Shown: positions 28,304 to 38,826, numbered from the stretch's first letter. The stretch is 64,000 nt of DNA from Vicinamibacteria bacterium (GCA_965199715.1 OZ241322.1:192001-256000); one strand, 5' to 3'. Translations and numbers: made by a program. Notes: generated from the sequence alone by a model not told the origin.

Positions 28304-29211
28304 CGCAGCAGTTGCGTGAGCGCGGGTTCCAGATCCGGGTGGGCGAACCGGAAGCCGTGGCGGAGCAAATTGCGCGGGATCACCCGGGCGCCGTTCAGGA
28401 GCAGCGCCTCGGCCATCTCGCCGAACATGAGCTTCATCGCGAAGCCGGGAGCAGGGAGGAACGCGGGCCGCCCGAGCGCGCGGCCCAGCGCGCGGGTGAA
28501 GTCGGCGTTCGTCGCTGGATTCGGCGCGGTCAGGTTGTACGTCGGCTCCAGCGCGGCGGCGTCCATGCCGATGAAGTGGCGGATCGCGCCGATGATGTCG
28601 TCGAGGTGGATCCATGGCATCCACTGTCGGCCCGAGCCGAGCGGGCCGCCGAGGCCGAGGCGGAACGGCGGCAGCATCGAGGCGAGCGCGCCGCCGTCCG
28701 GCGAGAGCGCTATCCCGATGCGGATCGCCGTTCCCGGCACGCTCGAGGCGCGGATCTCGTCCTCCCACGCGGCGCAGACCTCGGGGAGGAAGCCCTCGCC
28801 GGGCGCCGAGTCCTCGTCGATCTCCTCGTCCCCGCGCGATCCGTAGAAGCCGATGGCCGAAGCGGCGATGAGGCGCTTCGGCGGCTTCCTGCAACGGGCG
28901 ATCGCCTGGACCAGGGCGCGCGTCCCTTCGATCCGGCTCGCGCGGATGGCCCGCTTGCGCGTGGCGGACCAGCGGCGGCCCACCGGCTCGCCGGCGAGGT
29001 GGACGACGGCGTCGAGGCCCTCGAGCGCCGCCGCGATCCGCGCCGGTTCGTCCGGGCGCCATGTCTTGGGGATGACCCGCGGCTGGTGCGCGGCGCTCCC
29101 CGAACGGCTGAACGCGACCACGTCGTGGCCGTAGTTCGTGAGCGTCCGGGTGAGCGCCCGCCCGATCAGGCCGGTCGCGCCCGTGACGCCGACCGTGAGC
29201 GTCGGGGGCAT
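28300..29211 (-). CDS. TIGR01777 family NAD-dependent epimerase/oxidoreductase
   Basis: VTGATGLIG, HLAGEPV..RW, ASAIGFYG, GSGRQWMPWIH. Confidence 0.9.
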   Translation of the reverse strand: MPPTLTVGVTGATGLIGRALTRTLTNYGHDVVAFSRSGSAAHQPRVIPKTWRPDEPARIAAALEGLDAVVHLAGEPVGRRWSATRKRAIRASRIEGTRALVQAIARCRKPPKRLIAASAIGFYGSRGDEEIDEDSAPGEGFLPEVCAAWEDEIRASSVPGTAIRIGIALSPDGGALASMLPPFRLGLGGPLGSGRQWMPWIHLDDIIGAIRHFIGMDAAALEPTYNLTAPNPATNADFTRALGRALGRPAFLPAPGFAMKLMFGEMAEALLLNGARVIPRNLLRHGFRFAHPDLEPALTQLLR

Positions 29212-29282
29212 CGGTCTAGCGTAGCAGCGCAGTTGCGGCGGATCGGGCCGTCCGTGAGAATTCAGGCACCGGGAGGTTCCCC

Positions 29283-31334
29283 ATGCTCCGCCGCGCTCTC
29301 ATCACCGTCCTCGCCGCGCTTCTGGCGCTGCCCGCTCTCGCCCAGGAGAAGCGGGCGATGACCATCGTGGACCTTATCGACATGCCGAGGCTCGGCAGTC
29401 CCCGGGTCTCGCCCGACGGGTCGCAGGTCCTGTTCACCCGCTCGGACACCGACTGGAAGGAGAACGGGCGGACGACCCACATCTACCGGATCGACGCCGA
29501 CGGAACCGGCGAGGTCCGGCTCACGAACGGCGAGAACGGCGAGTCGAGTCCGCGGTGGTCGCCCGACGGGAGCATGGTCGCGTTCCTGGCCCGCCGCGGC
29601 GAGGACGATTTCACCCAGATCTACCTGATGCGCAACCGGGGCGGCGAGGCCTCGCCGCTGACCAGTCATGACAGTTCGGTCCAGTCCTTCCAGTTCGCTC
29701 CCGACGGCGCGTCCATCGTCTTCGTCGCGCCCGAGGCCAAGTCCGAGGAGGAGAAGAAGAAGGACGACATGATGGACGACGTGTTCGCGTTCGACGAGGA
29801 CTACAAGCAGCGGCACCTCTGGCGGGTCATGGTCGGCGGGGACGACGAGGGGAGCGAGGAGCGCATCACCGAGGGCGACTTCTCGGTGATCGGGTTCAAC
29901 CTGTCGCACGACGGCGCGCGGATCGCGCATTCCCGCAGCGTCAGCCCGCTGGTGGACAACCGGGACGAGGGCGAGGTCTGGATCATGAAGGCCGACGGCT
30001 CCGGCGCGATGCAGCTCACCGACAACACGGTCAGCGAGTCCGGCGCCCAGCTCTCGCCCGACGGCTCGACCGTCATGTTCACGTCGGACTCCAGCGCCGA
30101 CTTCGAGACCTACTTCAACGACAACATCTTCCTTGTGCCGGCGGGCGGCGGGCCGCACCGGATGCTCTTCGAGGACATGCCGCACGAGGTCAACGGCGCC
30201 CGCTGGGCCGGGGACGGGTCGATCTACTTCACGGCGAACACCGGAGTCCGCACCGAGCTCTTCCACGCCCGGATCGATGACGCCGAGCCGACCCAGCTCA
30301 CGGCGGGCGACCACGCGCTCCAAGGCTGGAACTTCTCGGCGGCGGCCGACATGCACGTCTTCGGGATCAGCTCCCCGACGAACGCCGGCGACTTGCACCT
30401 GCTTCCGGCGGCGGGCGGCGACCCGACGAAGGTCACGTCGGTCTTCGACCATCTCGACCGGGAGTTCCGGCTGCCCCGGCAGGAGGCGGTCCGCTGGGAC
30501 GGCGCCGACGGAGTCGAGGTCGAGGGGCTGCTCTACTACCCGCTCGACTTCGAGGAGGGGACCCGCTACCCGCTCGTGGTCCAAACCCACGGCGGCCCCG
30601 CCGCATCCGACAAGTTCGGATTCGTGTCGTGGAGCAGCTACGTCCAGGTGCTCGCGGCGCGCGGCTACATGGTGTTCAAGCCCAACTACCGGGGCAGCAC
30701 CGGCTACGGCGACGACGTCCTGCGCGACATGGTCGGCCACTACTTCCGCCAGGCCCACCTCGACGTGATGACCGGCGTGGATTACCTGATCGAGCGCGGC
30801 CTCGTGGACGGCGACCGCATGGCCAAGATGGGCTGGAGCGGGGGCGGCCACATGACCAACAAGATCATCACCCACACCGACCGGTTCAAGGCGGCCTCCT
30901 CCGGCGCGGGGGCCGTCAACTGGATCTCCATGTACGGCAACAGCGACGTGCGCATCTACCGCACGCCGTGGTTCGGCGGCACCCCGTGGCAGGAGGACGC
31001 TCCCATCGACGCGTACTGGAACCACTCCCCGCTGAAGGACATCTACCGGGTCACGACCCCGACGATCGTGCTCGTCGGCGAGAACGACGTCAGAGTGCCG
31101 CCCGAGCAGTCCGTCGAGCTCTACCGGGCCCTACGCACGAACGGCGTGGACACGCACCTCTACATCGCGCCCAGGGAGCCGCACGGCTGGAGGGAGCTCC
31201 GGCACCAGTTGTTCAAGGTGAACGTGGAGATCGACTGGTTCGAGCGACACGTGCGCGGGATCGAGTACGAGTGGGAGACCGGTCCTGCGGACATGGGGGA
31301 AGGGGAGGAGGCCACCGACGGCATGGAGCAGTAG
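29283..31334 (+). CDS. Exported S9 family peptidase (acylaminoacyl/dipeptidyl peptidase)
   Basis: Signal peptide; SPDG propeller repeats; HGGP, NYRGSTGYG, GWSGGG nucleophile, GENDVRV, EPHG. Confidence 0.93.
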   Translation: MLRRALITVLAALLALPALAQEKRAMTIVDLIDMPRLGSPRVSPDGSQVLFTRSDTDWKENGRTTHIYRIDADGTGEVRLTNGENGESSPRWSPDGSMVAFLARRGEDDFTQIYLMRNRGGEASPLTSHDSSVQSFQFAPDGASIVFVAPEAKSEEEKKKDDMMDDVFAFDEDYKQRHLWRVMVGGDDEGSEERITEGDFSVIGFNLSHDGARIAHSRSVSPLVDNRDEGEVWIMKADGSGAMQLTDNTVSESGAQLSPDGSTVMFTSDSSADFETYFNDNIFLVPAGGGPHRMLFEDMPHEVNGARWAGDGSIYFTANTGVRTELFHARIDDAEPTQLTAGDHALQGWNFSAAADMHVFGISSPTNAGDLHLLPAAGGDPTKVTSVFDHLDREFRLPRQEAVRWDGADGVEVEGLLYYPLDFEEGTRYPLVVQTHGGPAASDKFGFVSWSSYVQVLAARGYMVFKPNYRGSTGYGDDVLRDMVGHYFRQAHLDVMTGVDYLIERGLVDGDRMAKMGWSGGGHMTNKIITHTDRFKAASSGAGAVNWISMYGNSDVRIYRTPWFGGTPWQEDAPIDAYWNHSPLKDIYRVTTPTIVLVGENDVRVPPEQSVELYRALRTNGVDTHLYIAPREPHGWRELRHQLFKVNVEIDWFERHVRGIEYEWETGPADMGEGEEATDGMEQ

Positions 31335-31562
31335 GCGGCGCGGGTGCCGAAGGCGCCCGGATTCGACGTATCGCATCCGTATCTCCGCGCGGGTGAGGCG
31401 AGACGGGACTTCCGGCGCGCGAAGGAACCTTGAAGGTCTGGCGCATCCAAATGGATGACCCGCCGGAAGACTTCTTCCTTCGCTGACGAACCCACCCGCG
31501 GATCGCAACCGAACCGTCCGGCTTCAAATGGCCAAACCAGTTCTCACTCTAGGAGCAAGACA

Positions 31563-31745
31563 GTGTCCGAAGAGACAACATCCGGCGGTGGACGCCAACC
31601 CGTGGTCTGGCGCATGCACATCAAGACCGCCCCTGAAGCAGGGAACACCCGGCAGGACGTGTTTGATCCTTGTGTGCGGCAGCGCATCCTGGGGGTCGGG
31701 TGGAGAGTGTTGGACAGAGGCGACCACGATGGTTTCGTTCGCTGA
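31563..31745 (+). pseudogene. Truncated remnant of a foreign gene (N-terminus VWRMHIKT...ILGVGW) in a lower-GC spacer
   Basis: AGGAG RBS then GTG; 60-aa ORF ends early; surrounding DNA is visibly more A/T-rich than its flanks. Confidence 0.4.
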
Positions 31746-31910
31746 CCAGACGGTCGTACAGGGGTCGCATGGTGCGATGCGCGCACGTTCACTGCGTATG
31801 CCGGTTCGTCAGTGCCCGATTCCACGCGCTTCAGGTGGGCGAGGGAGGTATCCCGTCGGAATGCGGGGTCTCCGCCGGCGTGGGCCGAGGCCAGGGACGG
31901 CGCGAAAGGG

Positions 31911-32309
31911 TCAGACGTCAAGGAACGCGGTCCACGAGTACTCGATATCCCCAGCCAGGCTGTGCATCACGCTGCAGTACTTCTCGAACGACAGGTCCAC
32001 CGCCCGACGCAGCCGCTCCTCTGACACGCCGGGTCCGGCGCCCGTGAACGCGAGCGTGACGCGCACGAAGCGGCGCGGATGGTCGTCCGCCCGCTCGCCG
32101 GAGACCGTCCCCGTGAGCTTCGTCGGCTCGGCGCGCATCTTCTTCAGGATGTGGATCACGTCGATCGCCATGCATCCGGCGAGCGCGGCGAGGAGCGTCT
32201 CCATCGGCGACGCGCCCTTGCCGTTGTCCGAGTCGAGCGCCAGGCGCTCGCCGGTGGGGGTCGTTGCGGGATAGCCGGTCGCGCCGTCCCATTCGAGTTC
32301 GATCCGCAC
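31911..32309 (-). CDS. OsmC/YhfA family protein
   Basis: SPMETLLAALAGCMAIDV and SFEKYCSV Cys pair. Confidence 0.9.
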   Translation of the reverse strand: MRIELEWDGATGYPATTPTGERLALDSDNGKGASPMETLLAALAGCMAIDVIHILKKMRAEPTKLTGTVSGERADDHPRRFVRVTLAFTGAGPGVSEERLRRAVDLSFEKYCSVMHSLAGDIEYSWTAFLDV

Positions 32310-32323
32310 GTCGTTCCTCCGGT

Positions 32324-33574
32324 TCAGCGCTCGCGGCGAAGCGCGATCGAGACGTTGGTTCCGCCGAAGCCGAACGAGTTGGACAGCGCCCACTTCGCGT
32401 CCGTGCTCGTCGGGGCGACGACCGGCGGGTAGTCCTCGAGCGCCGGGTCGAGCGGCTCGGCGTTCACGCTCGGGGCCAGCCAGCCCTCGTCCAGCATCAT
32501 CGCGGTGAATGCCGCCTCGAGCGCTCCGGCGGCCCCGACGGTGTGCGCGGTGTACCCCTTGGTCGAGCTGTAGGGCACCGTCGGCGAAGGGAACAACCGC
32601 CGGATCGCCCGCACTTCGGACACGTCGCCGAGCGGAGTCGAAGTGCCGTGGGTGTTCACGTACCCGATCGCTTCCGCCGGCAGGCTCGCGTGGCCGAGCG
32701 CCCGGCGCATCGCGAGCTCCGCGCCGCGGTCGTCGGGGGCCACCATCCGTCCCGAGCCGTCGGAGGACATTCCATAGCCGTGGATCGCGCCGAGGACGCG
32801 GGCTCCCCGGCGCTCGGCGGACTCGCGCGACTCGAGCGTCACGAGGCCCGCGCCTTCGCCGAAGATGAACCCCGCCCGGTCCGCCGCGTAGGGCCGCGAA
32901 GCCTTCTCGGGGCGGTGGTTGTCCGAGCGCGTGTAGGCCCGCATCGAGTCGAAGCCGAGATGGAAGTGGACGTCCGCCGACTCCACGCCGCCGGCGAGCG
33001 CGCGGTCGATGAGGCCCTCGCGGATCCACGAGGCCGCGATCACGAGGTTGTACGCGCCGCCCGCGCAGGCGGCGGTCGCCGACACCGACGGGCCGTTCGT
33101 GCGGAACAGCGTCGCGAGGTTCGCCGAGACGGTGGACCCCATGATGAGCGGCACCGTCGCCGGCGAGACGCGCACCCGGCCCGGCCCCCGGCTCTTCGCC
33201 GCGACTTCCCGGTGGGTCTCGGTCTCGCCGCCCTTGCCGCTTCCGACGACGACCGCCATGTCTTCCGTGGGCATCCCGGACTGCTCCAGCGCGAGCCGCG
33301 CCGCCCGCACCGCAAGGCGCGACAGGCGGCCCATGAAGCGCGCCTCCGACCGCCCGATCCCGAGGTCGGCGGGGTCGATCGATCCGGCGTAGTGGCCGAA
33401 GAGCTCGTTGCCGGTCTGCGCCTGGATGCCCGGCTCGAAGGGCGAGCATGCGACCGGACGGCCCGGCTTGAGGAAGGCCCGGTGCTCGTCGGCGCCAGTG
33501 CCCACCTGCGACAGCATCCCGATTCCGGTGATCACCGCGTCCCTGGGACGCGGCGCCGGAAGGTCGGTTGGCAT
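32324..33574 (-). CDS. Beta-ketoacyl-ACP synthase (FabB/FabF-like)
   Basis: Cys-His-His triad (AACAGG, NTHGTST, KGYTAH); GFIFGEGAG; SNSFGFGGTN. Confidence 0.9.
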   Translation of the reverse strand: MPTDLPAPRPRDAVITGIGMLSQVGTGADEHRAFLKPGRPVACSPFEPGIQAQTGNELFGHYAGSIDPADLGIGRSEARFMGRLSRLAVRAARLALEQSGMPTEDMAVVVGSGKGGETETHREVAAKSRGPGRVRVSPATVPLIMGSTVSANLATLFRTNGPSVSATAACAGGAYNLVIAASWIREGLIDRALAGGVESADVHFHLGFDSMRAYTRSDNHRPEKASRPYAADRAGFIFGEGAGLVTLESRESAERRGARVLGAIHGYGMSSDGSGRMVAPDDRGAELAMRRALGHASLPAEAIGYVNTHGTSTPLGDVSEVRAIRRLFPSPTVPYSSTKGYTAHTVGAAGALEAAFTAMMLDEGWLAPSVNAEPLDPALEDYPPVVAPTSTDAKWALSNSFGFGGTNVSIALRRER

Positions 33575-33609
33575 GAATTTGGCTACGATACTTCACGTTG
33601 ACGCACACC

Positions 33610-34581
33610 ATGCCGCGATGCTTCCTGTCGCTCGCGCTGCTCGCGATTCCGGTCGCGGCGGCGGCGCAGCCGCGGCTCGAGCCGGATCGCTACCGGACGC
33701 TCGTCGAGGAGACGAGCGGCGGGCTCTTCATCACCGCCGGACGCGAGCTCGCGTCGTACCGCGCGGATTCGGTGGAAGCGGTCGTCGGCGAGTTCATCGC
33801 CTCGAATCCCGGCGCGCTGCGGCTCAAGGCGGCGGCGTTCCTCCACAGCGAGGCCGCCCTCAGCGCCGGGTCGGTCGGGCATCTCGACTTCGCGCGAGCG
33901 CTTCTTTCGGCGCTTCCCGAACCGGATCGGGAGGAGTGGCTGCGGCGCTGGCGCCTCGCCGTCGGCTACTCGTACCACCTCGCGCTCAACTCGGCGGCGG
34001 CCATCGCCCACTTCGAGAAGGCCGTGGAAGCCGCGCCCGACGACCCCGAGATGCGGTTCGCGCTGGCGCGGGTCGCCCAGATGGCGGGCCGCCAGCGAGA
34101 GGAGCAGCCCGTTTCGCGGCGCGCGGTCGAGCTCCTCACCCAGCTCGCCCGCGAGGATCCGGACACGGTCGAATACGCGGTGCGGCTGGCGGGGGCGCTC
34201 TTCGACACCGGCCAGCGCGAGGCGGCCACGACCCTGCTGGACCGGCTGGAGGGGATGCGGATGCCTCCGTACCCGCGCCTCGCGTACCTCCTGATCCGCG
34301 GCGAGGTCGCGCTCGACGCGGGCGACTACGCAGCCGCGGAAACCGCGTTCGCCGAGGCGGCGGCGCGGGCGCGGCGGTCGCCGGGCGCGATCTCGGGTCT
34401 GGTCGCCGCCCGGCTCGCGCAGGGGAAGAACGCCGAGGCGTTCGAGGCGGCTTCGGGCCTCCTCTCGCGTCCGCCGGCCGGCTGGGAGCCCGAGTGGCAG
34501 TTCTGGCTCGGCCCCGCCATCGACATCCAGGAGCTGTTCGGCGCGATGCGCACCGAGATCATGGAAGGGTTCGCGCAGTGA
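33610..34581 (+). CDS. Exported TPR-containing protein
   Basis: Signal peptide; TPR-like repeats (AAIAHFEKAVEAAPDD, GDYAAAETAFAEA). Confidence 0.75.
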   Translation: MPRCFLSLALLAIPVAAAAQPRLEPDRYRTLVEETSGGLFITAGRELASYRADSVEAVVGEFIASNPGALRLKAAAFLHSEAALSAGSVGHLDFARALLSALPEPDREEWLRRWRLAVGYSYHLALNSAAAIAHFEKAVEAAPDDPEMRFALARVAQMAGRQREEQPVSRRAVELLTQLAREDPDTVEYAVRLAGALFDTGQREAATTLLDRLEGMRMPPYPRLAYLLIRGEVALDAGDYAAAETAFAEAAARARRSPGAISGLVAARLAQGKNAEAFEAASGLLSRPPAGWEPEWQFWLGPAIDIQELFGAMRTEIMEGFAQ

Positions 34582-35513
34582 TCCGGCTGCTCCTGCTCGC
34601 CCTCGTCGCGGTTCCGGCGGCCGCCCAGCCGGTGCGGGTCGAGGCGCTGCTGCACGAGGAGGGCGAGTTCTCCCGGTTCGCGAACCCCGCTGCGGTGGAA
34701 GTCCTCGTCGATGACGCCGCGCACTCGTTCGAAGTCGAGGAGCCCGGCCCGCTCGCGGTCGCGGCGGTGGTCGACCTGAGCGCGAGCGTGCGCGGCCCGA
34801 TGCTCGAGGCCGTCCAATCCGGCCTCGGGTCCTTCTTCTCCGGCCTCGGCGACGCGGATCGCTGCGCGGTGGTCTCGTTCCGCCGCTCGGTGGAGCTCCA
34901 CGCCGGCTGGGAGGACTCGTGCGCCCACGCCGCGGCCGCGGTCGCGGAACTCAAGAGCGGCGGCCCGTCCGCGCTGAACAACGCGATCATGCTCGCGATG
35001 GGCCTGCTCGCCGAGGCGCCCGGCCGTCCGGTGCTCGCGATCTTCACCGACGGGGTGGACGGAGCGAGCTGGAGCCGCGACCTCTGGCCGATGGTCGCGA
35101 TCGCGGGCGCGAGCCCCATGGTGCTGTCCGTCACCGCTCCGGCGATTCTCGCCCGGGGAGGCCGGGTCGGCGGGCTGTACGGCGCCGTGAGCGCCGAGGA
35201 CTTCGCGCAGCAGATCGAGTTCGAGGGCCGCAACCTCCGAAGCGGCAGCGTGGACCTGAAGGGGCTGCGCAACGTGGATCCGTACTGGGTGCTCGAGGAG
35301 CTGGCGCGCCGCAGCGGGGGCGTCCTCGTCCGCACCTCGGGCGAGCCGTCCGACATCCGGGACGCGCTCGCCGGCCTCTCCGGCGAGATCGGGATGCGGA
35401 CGCCGCTCGTCCTCACCCCCGATCCGGCGCTCGGGGCGGGATTCCACGAGATCGCGGTCCGCAGCCCGGAAGGAGAAGTCCGGCACCGGACCGGGTTCGT
35501 CCGCCCGCCGTAG
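34578..35513 (+). CDS. Exported VWA domain protein
   Basis: GTG overlaps the upstream stop; MIDAS DLSAS, FTDGVD; C-terminal FHEIAVR...VRHRTGF. Confidence 0.8.
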   Translation: MIRLLLLALVAVPAAAQPVRVEALLHEEGEFSRFANPAAVEVLVDDAAHSFEVEEPGPLAVAAVVDLSASVRGPMLEAVQSGLGSFFSGLGDADRCAVVSFRRSVELHAGWEDSCAHAAAAVAELKSGGPSALNNAIMLAMGLLAEAPGRPVLAIFTDGVDGASWSRDLWPMVAIAGASPMVLSVTAPAILARGGRVGGLYGAVSAEDFAQQIEFEGRNLRSGSVDLKGLRNVDPYWVLEELARRSGGVLVRTSGEPSDIRDALAGLSGEIGMRTPLVLTPDPALGAGFHEIAVRSPEGEVRHRTGFVRPP

Positions 35514-35516
35514 CCG

Positions 35517-36578
35517 GTGGCCGCTCGTTCGGGACGCGGCGCCGTCTCGAATCCCGCCGGGCGCTTCGAGCGATACCGGGAGGAGGCCTTCGACGACGGC
35601 TGGGGCGAGCCCGAGGCCGATCCGCCGCCGGAGACCGAGCTCATCCCCGATCGCTCGAAGACCGTCATCGCCCGCAACGACTCCCCGGATGTCCCGTTCG
35701 ACCGCTCGGTGAACCCCTACCGGGGCTGCGAGCACGGCTGCATCTACTGCTTCGCCCGACCCACCCACGCCTACCTCGGCTACTCGCCGGGGCTCGACTT
35801 CGAGACGCGGATCGTGTTCAAGCCCGAGGCGGCGCGCCTCCTGCGCGAGGAGATCGGCAAGCGGAGCTACGACCCGGCGCCGCTCGCGCTCGGCTCCAAC
35901 ACCGACCCGTACCAGCCGGCGGAGGCCGAGCTGCGGATCACCCGGGCGATCCTCGAAGTCCTGCGCGACGCGCGGCACCCGGTCGCGATCGTGACCAAAT
36001 CGGCGATGATCCTGCGCGATCTCGACGTTCTCGCGCCGATGGCGGAGGAGGGACTGGCCAGCGCGATGGTCTCCATCACGACGCTCGACGGCGGCCTCGC
36101 CCGCTCGATGGAGCCCCGCGCCGCCGCTCCCGCCCGAAGGCTCGCCGCGGTCCGGGCGCTCGCCGCCGAGGGGGTCCCGGTCGGCGTCCTCGCCTCGCCC
36201 ATGATCCCCGGACTCAACGACCCGGAACTCGAAACGATCCTCGAGGCGGCGCGGGACGCCGGCGCCCGGTTCGCCGGCACGATCCTGCTGCGGCTGCCGC
36301 ACGAGCTGAAGGATCTGTTCACCGAGTGGATCGAGAAGCGCTATCCGACCAAGGCGCCGCGCGTGCTCGCCCTGATCCGGCAGACGCGGGGCGGGGAGCT
36401 CAACTCCGCCGACTTCGGGGAGCGGATGCGCGGGACCGGACCGTGGGCGGAGCTCCTCGGCAAGCGCTTCCGCGTCGCGAAGGCGCGCCTCGGGTTCGGG
36501 GAGCCGCCGCCGTTTCGGACCGATCTCTTCCAGCGCCCCGGCGCGCCGCGTCCGCTCTTCCCCGGGAGGCCCTCATGA
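35517..36578 (+). CDS. PA0069/Rv2578c family radical SAM protein
   Basis: NPYRGCEHGCIYCFARPTH, NTDPYQP, PMIPGLND, ERMRGTG. Confidence 0.92.
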   Translation: MAARSGRGAVSNPAGRFERYREEAFDDGWGEPEADPPPETELIPDRSKTVIARNDSPDVPFDRSVNPYRGCEHGCIYCFARPTHAYLGYSPGLDFETRIVFKPEAARLLREEIGKRSYDPAPLALGSNTDPYQPAEAELRITRAILEVLRDARHPVAIVTKSAMILRDLDVLAPMAEEGLASAMVSITTLDGGLARSMEPRAAAPARRLAAVRALAAEGVPVGVLASPMIPGLNDPELETILEAARDAGARFAGTILLRLPHELKDLFTEWIEKRYPTKAPRVLALIRQTRGGELNSADFGERMRGTGPWAELLGKRFRVAKARLGFGEPPPFRTDLFQRPGAPRPLFPGRPS

Positions 36579-37711
36579 CCCGCATCCTTCTCGTCCTGCT
36601 TCTGGCTGCGCCGGCGAGCGCTCAGCGCGCCCGCGACCTCGGCGTTCCCTTCGAGGGGACGCCGGGGCCGCTGAACGCGATCACCGACCTCGCCGGGGTG
36701 GAGGTCGGCCACGAGACGATCATCGAGGGCGAGGGCGCGCTGGTCGCGGGGCAGGGGCCGGTGCGCACCGGGGTGACCGCGGTGCTGCCCCGGGGGCGGG
36801 CCAGCCGCAGCCGGGTCTTCGCCGCGTGGTTCACCCTGAACGGCAACGGCGAGATGACGGGGACCACGTGGCTGCGCGACCGGGGGATTCTGGAGGGGGC
36901 CGTGATGATCACGAACACCCACAGCGTGGGCGCGGTCCACGAGGCCACGATCGCGTGGTCGCAGCGGAACCTCGACGCGCCCGACTGGAGCCTGCCGCTG
37001 GTGGCCGAGACGTGGGACGGGTTCCTGAACGACATCAACGGCTTCCACGTCCGGGAGGAACACGTCTTCGCCGCGCTCGACTCCGCCGCCGGCGGGCCGG
37101 TGGCCGAGGGATCGGTCGGCGGCGGAGCCGGGATGAACACTTTCGGGTTCAAGGCCGGGATCGGAACGTCGTCGCGGGTCGTGAACGCGGCGGGCCGGGA
37201 CTGGACGGTGGGCGTGCTGGTCCAGTCCAACTTCGGGCGGCGCCATCAACTACGGATCGCCGGGGTCCCGGTGGGACGGGAGATCACGGACCTCATGCCC
37301 GAGCGCGGCGGTCCGGCTCCGCGGGGCGGCCGCGACGGCTCGATCATCATCGTCGCGGCCACCGACGCGCCGCTCCTGCCGCACCAGTTGGACCGGTTCG
37401 TCCGGCGGACGACGCTCGCGCTCGGGCGGCTCGGCAGCATCTCGATGAACGGCTCGGGCGACATCTTCGTCGCGTTCTCGACCGCGAACGAGGCGGCGGC
37501 GCACAGCGAGGAGGGCGTGGCGGCGCTGGAGGTCCTCGCCAACTCCGAGATCAACCCCTTCTTCGAGGGCGTGGTCCAGGCGACCGAGGAGGCGATCGTG
37601 AACGCGCTCGTGGCCGGGCGGGACATGACCGGCGCGAACGGCAACCGGATGTACGGGCTGCCGCACGACCGCCTGCGCGAGATCCTCCGCCGATACAACC
37701 GGCTGGAGTGA
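36575..37711 (+). CDS. P1/S58 family (DmpA-like) aminopeptidase, exported
   Basis: RARDLG, NAITD, RTGVTA, NGNGEMTG, VAETWDG, DGSII autoprocessing site, GSGD. Confidence 0.92.
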   Translation: MTRILLVLLLAAPASAQRARDLGVPFEGTPGPLNAITDLAGVEVGHETIIEGEGALVAGQGPVRTGVTAVLPRGRASRSRVFAAWFTLNGNGEMTGTTWLRDRGILEGAVMITNTHSVGAVHEATIAWSQRNLDAPDWSLPLVAETWDGFLNDINGFHVREEHVFAALDSAAGGPVAEGSVGGGAGMNTFGFKAGIGTSSRVVNAAGRDWTVGVLVQSNFGRRHQLRIAGVPVGREITDLMPERGGPAPRGGRDGSIIIVAATDAPLLPHQLDRFVRRTTLALGRLGSISMNGSGDIFVAFSTANEAAAHSEEGVAALEVLANSEINPFFEGVVQATEEAIVNALVAGRDMTGANGNRMYGLPHDRLREILRRYNRLE

Positions 37712-37730
37712 CCTGCGAGCCGAGCTCTCG

Positions 37731-38826
37731 TCAGCTCGAGCCGATTCCCTCGAGAAGGCGGGACCACTCCTTAGGGTCTTCCGGCGGGGCGACGCGCTCG
37801 TCCAACTCGCGTCCTATCGCAGTGAGGAAGTCGCGCCGGCTTCGCCCCTCGAGGAGCATGAACAGGGCGCGCGCGAATGGCCCGATCTCCGTCACGTAGA
37901 CCTCCAGGCCGAAGGCGAACTCGCGCGCCGCGAGTTCCTGAACCGGAGTTTCGTCAGCCTTGAGGACGCCGGGCGCGAAGAACACGAGCCGGGGCGCTTC
38001 CGATGCCCGCGCCTTGGCGACCGAGGCCTGGGCTTCGACCAGACGGACGGGCCCCGATTTCGCCTCCGCCACGAGGCGAAGTTCCTCTGCGTCTCCCTTT
38101 GCCTGAAAGCACATGATGTCCCCGGGCGCACCCGTGGCGCGGTCGGACTCGTTCACGCCCTGGGCCTCGACGCGCGAGTACGCGCCGAGAGCCTCGCCGA
38201 CGACGCGCATCAGCGCCGTGCCCACGACTTGCGGGCGCAGGCCGCCACTGGCCGTCTTCATGAAACGGTCGAGGAGGTCGCACAAGTGATCCACGCTGAC
38301 GCGGTTCGGGACCGGATAGTGGAATCGGCTTCGCTTGAGCCGAACCACGACCTGACCCAGGACGCCGATGAACGCCTCGCGAACGGCGTCGGGATCGCCG
38401 GAACGCTCCAGCTCTCCGAGATGCTCGACAAGGGACTCCCAGGTCGGCCGATCGCCCTTCTTGACATCGGCCAAGTCCTCGTCCAACCGAGGACGCCGCA
38501 GCGGTTTGCTGACGTAAGGGTCGTCGCCGCCGCCGAGCACGGATTCGTTGTCTCGATTCCACGGCACGACCACGCTCGTGCAGAACGAGCGCGGGTTCCA
38601 GCGGGCTTCAACGGCCGTCGCCGTGTCCTTGGTTTTCTGGAGGCGCGGGAGATGGCGGGAGGGCTCCGCGATCTTCCCGAGCAAACCGCGTGACGATCGC
38701 GAACCGAACGCTCGTGCGCTTCGAGTTGACGAAGTCCGCGACCGGACTCTCATCGGGGTCGGCGTCGGCTTCCAGCGCCTCTGCCCAACGCTCCCGCAGC
38801 CACTCCCCGATCCGTTTGTCGTCCAT
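37731..38826 (-). pseudogene. SacI-like restriction endonuclease, frameshifted near 38686
   Basis: MDDKRIGEWL...RFAIVT in one frame continues LLGKIA...WNPRSFC..VVVPW...DPYVSKPLRRPR...GDI...EAK in another; an extra T sits at the junction. Confidence 0.65.
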
